A DNA stretch of 63,317 nt, counting the filler, from Olpidium bornovanus S191 (Eukaryota > Fungi > Olpidiomycota): NCBI GenBank assembly GCA_017911155.1. It is 27 parts of 27 records of this genome, joined end to end, with 100 filler letters (N's around TTAATTAATTAA, not from the genome) between each part and the next. Parts side by side here need not be neighbours in the genome. Positions count along the whole stretch, not along the records: positions 57,839 to 61,935 come from JAEFCI010003769.1; positions 62,036 to 63,317 come from JAEFCI010011547.1; 25 more parts are not named here. One strand, 5' to 3'. Below are positions 59,276 to 63,317 of this stretch, one piece after another. Numbering within the stretch: the stretch's first letter is position 1; every line of letters begins with the position of its first letter. The notes under the pieces were generated by a model. It had not been told where the DNA came from, did no database searches, and was given only the letters and a program-made list of their open reading frames with translations. A program made the translations under genes and the position numbers.

Positions 59276-60781
59276 CTATTCTAATCTCGAGGTTTCGATC
59301 TTGCAGAACAGCCGCGAGAGCGCGTCAGATGCCGTTTGCCTGTCAGCTCCGTTGACCGCGGTGTCCGAGCAGCACGCTTCGTCACCCGTTTCGTCCGAAA
59401 GCTCGCCAGACGTCCGCGAGCCGGCGCAGCCGTACACGAAGGGGGAGTAAGCGGTCGGGTTGAGGGATCCGGTCCGGGCGTACCGCCCGGCGGGCCTCTG
59501 GTCGACAGGTGCTGCGGAGTATTCGGGTCGCGGCAATCCGATGTCCAAGCAGGACACCGACTGGGACCAACACACGGGCTGCTGAGGCACCGGGTACTGG
59601 AACCAGTGGCGAGGGTCTGTGCCCCCGTATTCCGCATTATCCGAGAAAAGCGGGAGCGAGCCGTATCCTCGCGGGGCCGCGAGGCCGAGGCCGTCGCCCG
59701 CCGGTCGGCTGAACGCCGAAGGAACGGGGCCGTGCCGCTGCTGCGTTTCCACCGCCGCCCGGAGCTGGGAAGGCTGCGGGGTGTCCGGCGTTTGGGGCAG
59801 CGACAGATACGACGAGAGCGCAGGAGGCATATCCGACCCGGAGCAGTACAGGTCCTGGGGATGCCGGATCGACGACGGAGCGCTCGACGCGAACCGTGGG
59901 TCGGGTTCGTGGGGAAATCCGCACGTCCCGTCGTCGATACCGGGTCCGCAGGGGAACGCCGAGAAGTCGCCGCCGACGGCGTGCGTCTCGATCAACGCGG
60001 ACTCCGCGTAGTGGCTGGGCGATCGGCCGCGGACGATGATCGGGTGCGAATCCAAGCAGGCGACCTGGTAGGCCATGCCGTCGTCCGTCGTGGCGTGAAG
60101 TTCCACGACGACCACGAAGTACTGCTGCGCGGCGCGGCGCTTGCCGTTGTTGGCCGTTGACGCTTTAAACTGGAGCCGCTCGAAAACGGCGACGCCTTGG
60201 CTCGGGATCGTTGCGATCCCGAGGTTCCCTCCGGGCTCGACCGGCTGCGGGGCCGGGGTAGATTGCGGGCCCTTGTCTCTCTTCGGGGTGTGCTGGACTA
60301 ATTCCACCGGCCGGTCGCTGCCCGCTATCCGCGCGCGGAGCGCAATCGAGAACCCGACGACCCTCTGAAACAGGGTCGAGAGACCGAAGCCGTGCCCGAC
60401 ATCGCGTTGGGCGCCGGCGACCAGCAACACGGAGTCTCTGGCGTCGGCGTCGCTGATTCCCCGGAGGGAAAACGCCGACGAGATCTTGAAGTAGTTCCGG
60501 CGGTAACACGTCCACCCGCCGTCGGCAAGGAAGAAGCCGCGGTCGGCCTTGGCGCACATGTCCACCTGCAGCGGAGCCAACCCGCGCGCGGAGCGCAGCT
60601 CCGCCGGCGGGATCAGGGGGGAGAACGGCAGGCCGCCGTAGCCGGCGTACGCGAGCTGACCGGCAGGTTCCGATCTGCGCCGCCGGTGCTCCGGCAAAAA
60701 CGCCGGGGATTTCTGCGGCGCGTCGAACACCGCGGGCATCTGGGCCGGGTGCCACGGTCCGGGAGAGCCGCCGATCGTCAT
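59276..60781 (-). CDS. NDT80: NDT80/PhoG-family transcription factor (intronless as seen; start uncertain)
   Basis: DRGFFLADGGWTCYRRNYFKI; ELVQHTPKRDKGPQ; FERLQFKASTANNGKRRAAQQYF; IIVRGRSPSHY. Confidence 0.93.
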   Translation of the reverse strand: MTIGGSPGPWHPAQMPAVFDAPQKSPAFLPEHRRRRSEPAGQLAYAGYGGLPFSPLIPPAELRSARGLAPLQVDMCAKADRGFFLADGGWTCYRRNYFKISSAFSLRGISDADARDSVLLVAGAQRDVGHGFGLSTLFQRVVGFSIALRARIAGSDRPVELVQHTPKRDKGPQSTPAPQPVEPGGNLGIATIPSQGVAVFERLQFKASTANNGKRRAAQQYFVVVVELHATTDDGMAYQVACLDSHPIIVRGRSPSHYAESALIETHAVGGDFSAFPCGPGIDDGTCGFPHEPDPRFASSAPSSIRHPQDLYCSGSDMPPALSSYLSLPQTPDTPQPSQLRAAVETQQRHGPVPSAFSRPAGDGLGLAAPRGYGSLPLFSDNAEYGGTDPRHWFQYPVPQQPVCWSQSVSCLDIGLPRPEYSAAPVDQRPAGRYARTGSLNPTAYSPFVYGCAGSRTSGELSDETGDEACCSDTAVNGADRQTASDALSRLFCKIETSRLE

Positions 60782-62035
60782 CCTCCGCCCCCGGGCAAAA
60801 CCCGAGAAGCGCACTGGGCCCGAGTCGGTGACGCAGTTGATCGACGGGCCGCGCGGCGCATCCTGGGGTCTTCGCCGCGTTCACCCCACCCAACGCAAGG
60901 GATGATAAGTCACGAAAGACGTGCCCTTTTCGTACTCGCAGGGTCCGGACGAGCCCACGGTCCGGACACATCGTCTTACATTGCGTCTACCTGGTACCGC
61001 AGGCGTGGGTTGGTATCGAGTTTCCTGGGAACAAACCCCGCGGAGTTGGGGCGAGGAACGCGGAGCGATTCGGGTCAGGAGACCGACGAGAGCGCCTTTC
61101 GGAGCACGGGCCGAAGACAATTTTTTTGTTTTTATAACTTTTTTTTTTTTTTTTTTTTTCCAGGCGACCCGCTCCGCACTCACAATGGTGGGCCGCCGAA
61201 GGGATGATATTCGGCGTCGTGAGCGGGCACGACGTCCAGCCCGACGGGCGGGCCCGCGATCTCGGTCGCCCCCCCGTCCTCCTCCTCCTCCTCTTCCAGC
61301 TCGCCACCGAAGCCGAGGGAGCGCGCGCGAAGACCCAGTTCCATTCGCGACGGCTAGTCCGGGCGGCGGTGTGGGGGGGTAACGCGGCGGCCGCGCACGG
61401 TCGCGCCGGGGCGCGGGACCGACCCCGGGGCCGCGGGGCCCTGTTGTGAGACCTTTGGGGGCCAAACGCCATTCTCGCCGCCCGCCGCCGCCCGCCGCCG
61501 CCCGCCGCCGCCGCCGCCGCCGCGGGGGTCAGCAAACGCCCTCTCGCCCCTTCCCCGCCCAACCCCCTTCCTCCTCCATGCCCCCGCCGTTCCTGCCGCT
61601 CCGCCGCCCCTCCTCCCCTTCTTCCCCCCGTCCGGCCCGCAACCGAATCCGGCCGTTCCTTCCAACCGCCGCCACACTGATACGGACGACGCGGACGGGC
61701 TCCGGCCTTCTCGGGGGGGGAAGTTGAGAAAGGGCCTAACCCCTGCCAACCACCCACCGCCACCTTCTTCCCCCCCTTTTCCCCCCCTTCCCCACCGCCG
61801 CAACGCCGGGAGACCCAGAAACGACTCTCTCCGCTTCCGGGGGGGGGGGGGGGGGGGGGGGGGAGGGGGGGGGGGGCGGCGGGGGGGGGGCGGGGGGGGG
61901 GGGGGGGGAGACCCCCGGGGGGGGGGGGGGGGGGGNNNNNNNNNNNNNNNNNNNNNNNNNNNNNNNNNNNNNNNNNNNNTTAATTAATTAANNNNNNNNN
62001 NNNNNNNNNNNNNNNNNNNNNNNNNNNNNNNNNNN

Positions 62036-62093
<58 letters not shown>

Positions 62094-62305
62094 TCCCCCC
62101 CCCCCCCCCCCCCGCCCGCTCTTTTCGCACATGTCCGACAGGGTGGGTCGACGGGGGCGCCGCGGGCTTCGCGGCGGGGGTAAAAACGAAAAGAGCGAGC
62201 GCGCGCTCTCCAAAACGGCGTCGAAAAACCTCACACCTCACACGCCCCGGGGAGGAAACCCGCGTTCTCTCCTCCTTCCCCCCCCCCCCCCCCCCCCTTC
62301 CCCCC

Positions 62306-62362
<57 letters not shown>

Positions 62363-63317
62363 CGTTTTTTTTAATCGCCGGGCAGATAGCGACGGCGATC
62401 CTAAAAAAGCAGTTGTAAATATTCGGTTTCCGCATTCCGCCAAAACGCGTTCCCTTCTATGCCGCCTCTATCCTCGTTGCCTCTCGCTTTTTTTTTTTTT
62501 TTTTTTTTTCTTCCCTCCTTTTTCGTTTACCGTGTAATACGAAGCGTGAAGGGACCTTGGTTGTCCTCCCCTGGGCGGGGCCTGCCCTTGGATTTGCAAG
62601 CGATAAAGGAGAGTTCAAACTCGCGTATGTTTTTTTTTTTAAATTTCTTCCCGACGAGCCACGGAATTGAGGGATGCCGGGAAATCCCGAAGGATTCGGC
62701 GAGAATTCTGGGATCCGTGATTTCAGCGGAACCGTGGCCCCGCGCGGAGGCAGAAAAATGTTCCACGGGCCGCTCGCGGAATCACGAAGGGGTTTTCGAA
62801 GCGACAGACACGTTTTATTCAGACCGCGCTGAAACCGGAATTGTCGTTTTATTTATTTTTTTTTTCTTTTTGGCGCCGAAACCACAGCTCGAGAACCGAG
62901 CTCGAAAACGGAGCTGGCCGAATGCCGCGCCCCTGCCCTTTTCTCCTGCCCGGTCGTCGGCCGATCGCGCGGGGCCTGACGGGCGTGGGGAGGGGAAGCA
63001 AAGCGGCGCGCGTGCGCCTGAAGGCGAAGCACGGCCGCGCGGCGTCGTCCCCGGCTTGGAGCGTGGCCCCGGGCCCTGGCCCTGCCGACTTGACGCGTCT
63101 TGGCCCGGATTTTACGTGTTTCCACAGCAGCGACGCAGTGAAATATAGTCTTGTTTCCGCACGTCTGCCCGGAAGTCAGAATCCGCAGCTATCCCTGGGT
63201 CGGCTTCCCCGTGAGTGGGCGATGTACGGGATTTGACATATTGGGACTCGGTATTTGGCGGCAAGACGGGGGAGATGGGGGGGGTGGGGTGTGGGGGGGG
63301 GGGGGGGGGGGGGGGGC

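Noticed and set aside
1955-62035. Regularly recurring TTAATTAATTAA as a CRISPR-like or biological repeat
   Set aside because: Always embedded in N44..N44; an artificial six-frame-stop linker
1-63317. rRNA, tRNA genes, CRISPR arrays, prokaryotic operons or defence systems
   Set aside because: None seen; the sequence is spliceosomal-intron eukaryotic DNA

Overview
This window is not one locus. It is 27 short eukaryotic contigs (about 1.1-5.2 kb) joined by 26 identical artificial 100-bp linkers (N44-TTAATTAATTAA-N44), so gene order across linkers has no biological meaning. Genes are GC-rich and intron-dense (GT-AG, CTRAY-type branch points). The gene set is fungal (ATP17, VNX1, NDT80/PhoG) but includes cilium/centriole genes (OFD1, CFAP57, CFAP58), which points to a zoosporic fungus; Olpidium-like is my inference, not a database result. 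Host genes, mostly truncated by contig ends: SMC2, a GGQ mitochondrial release/rescue factor, OFD1, ATP17, a fatty acyl-CoA reductase, MPC1, TANGO2/NRDE, CHIP/STUB1, CFAP58, a WD40 protein, an alpha/beta-hydrolase, an anoctamin exon, LSM3, GCV2, CFAP57, DIS3L2, VNX1, a DUF726/TMCO4 protein, IBA57, TTC1 and NDT80. There are many decayed Ty1/copia and Ty3/gypsy fragments. Best leads: (1) a Ty3/gypsy RNase H reading in frame into a DIRS-type Dam-like adenine-methyltransferase domain; (2) a KR-preceded 48-aa, +10 cationic amphipathic C-terminal peptide resembling a secreted antimicrobial peptide; (3) a 4-nt micro-exon and non-GT donors; (4) a gypsy-like Gag behind a copia/Ty5-type half-tRNAiMet primer site; (5) one GC-rich element interrupting two unrelated retroelements. 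All exon models and family assignments were made by eye from motifs; no searches were run.
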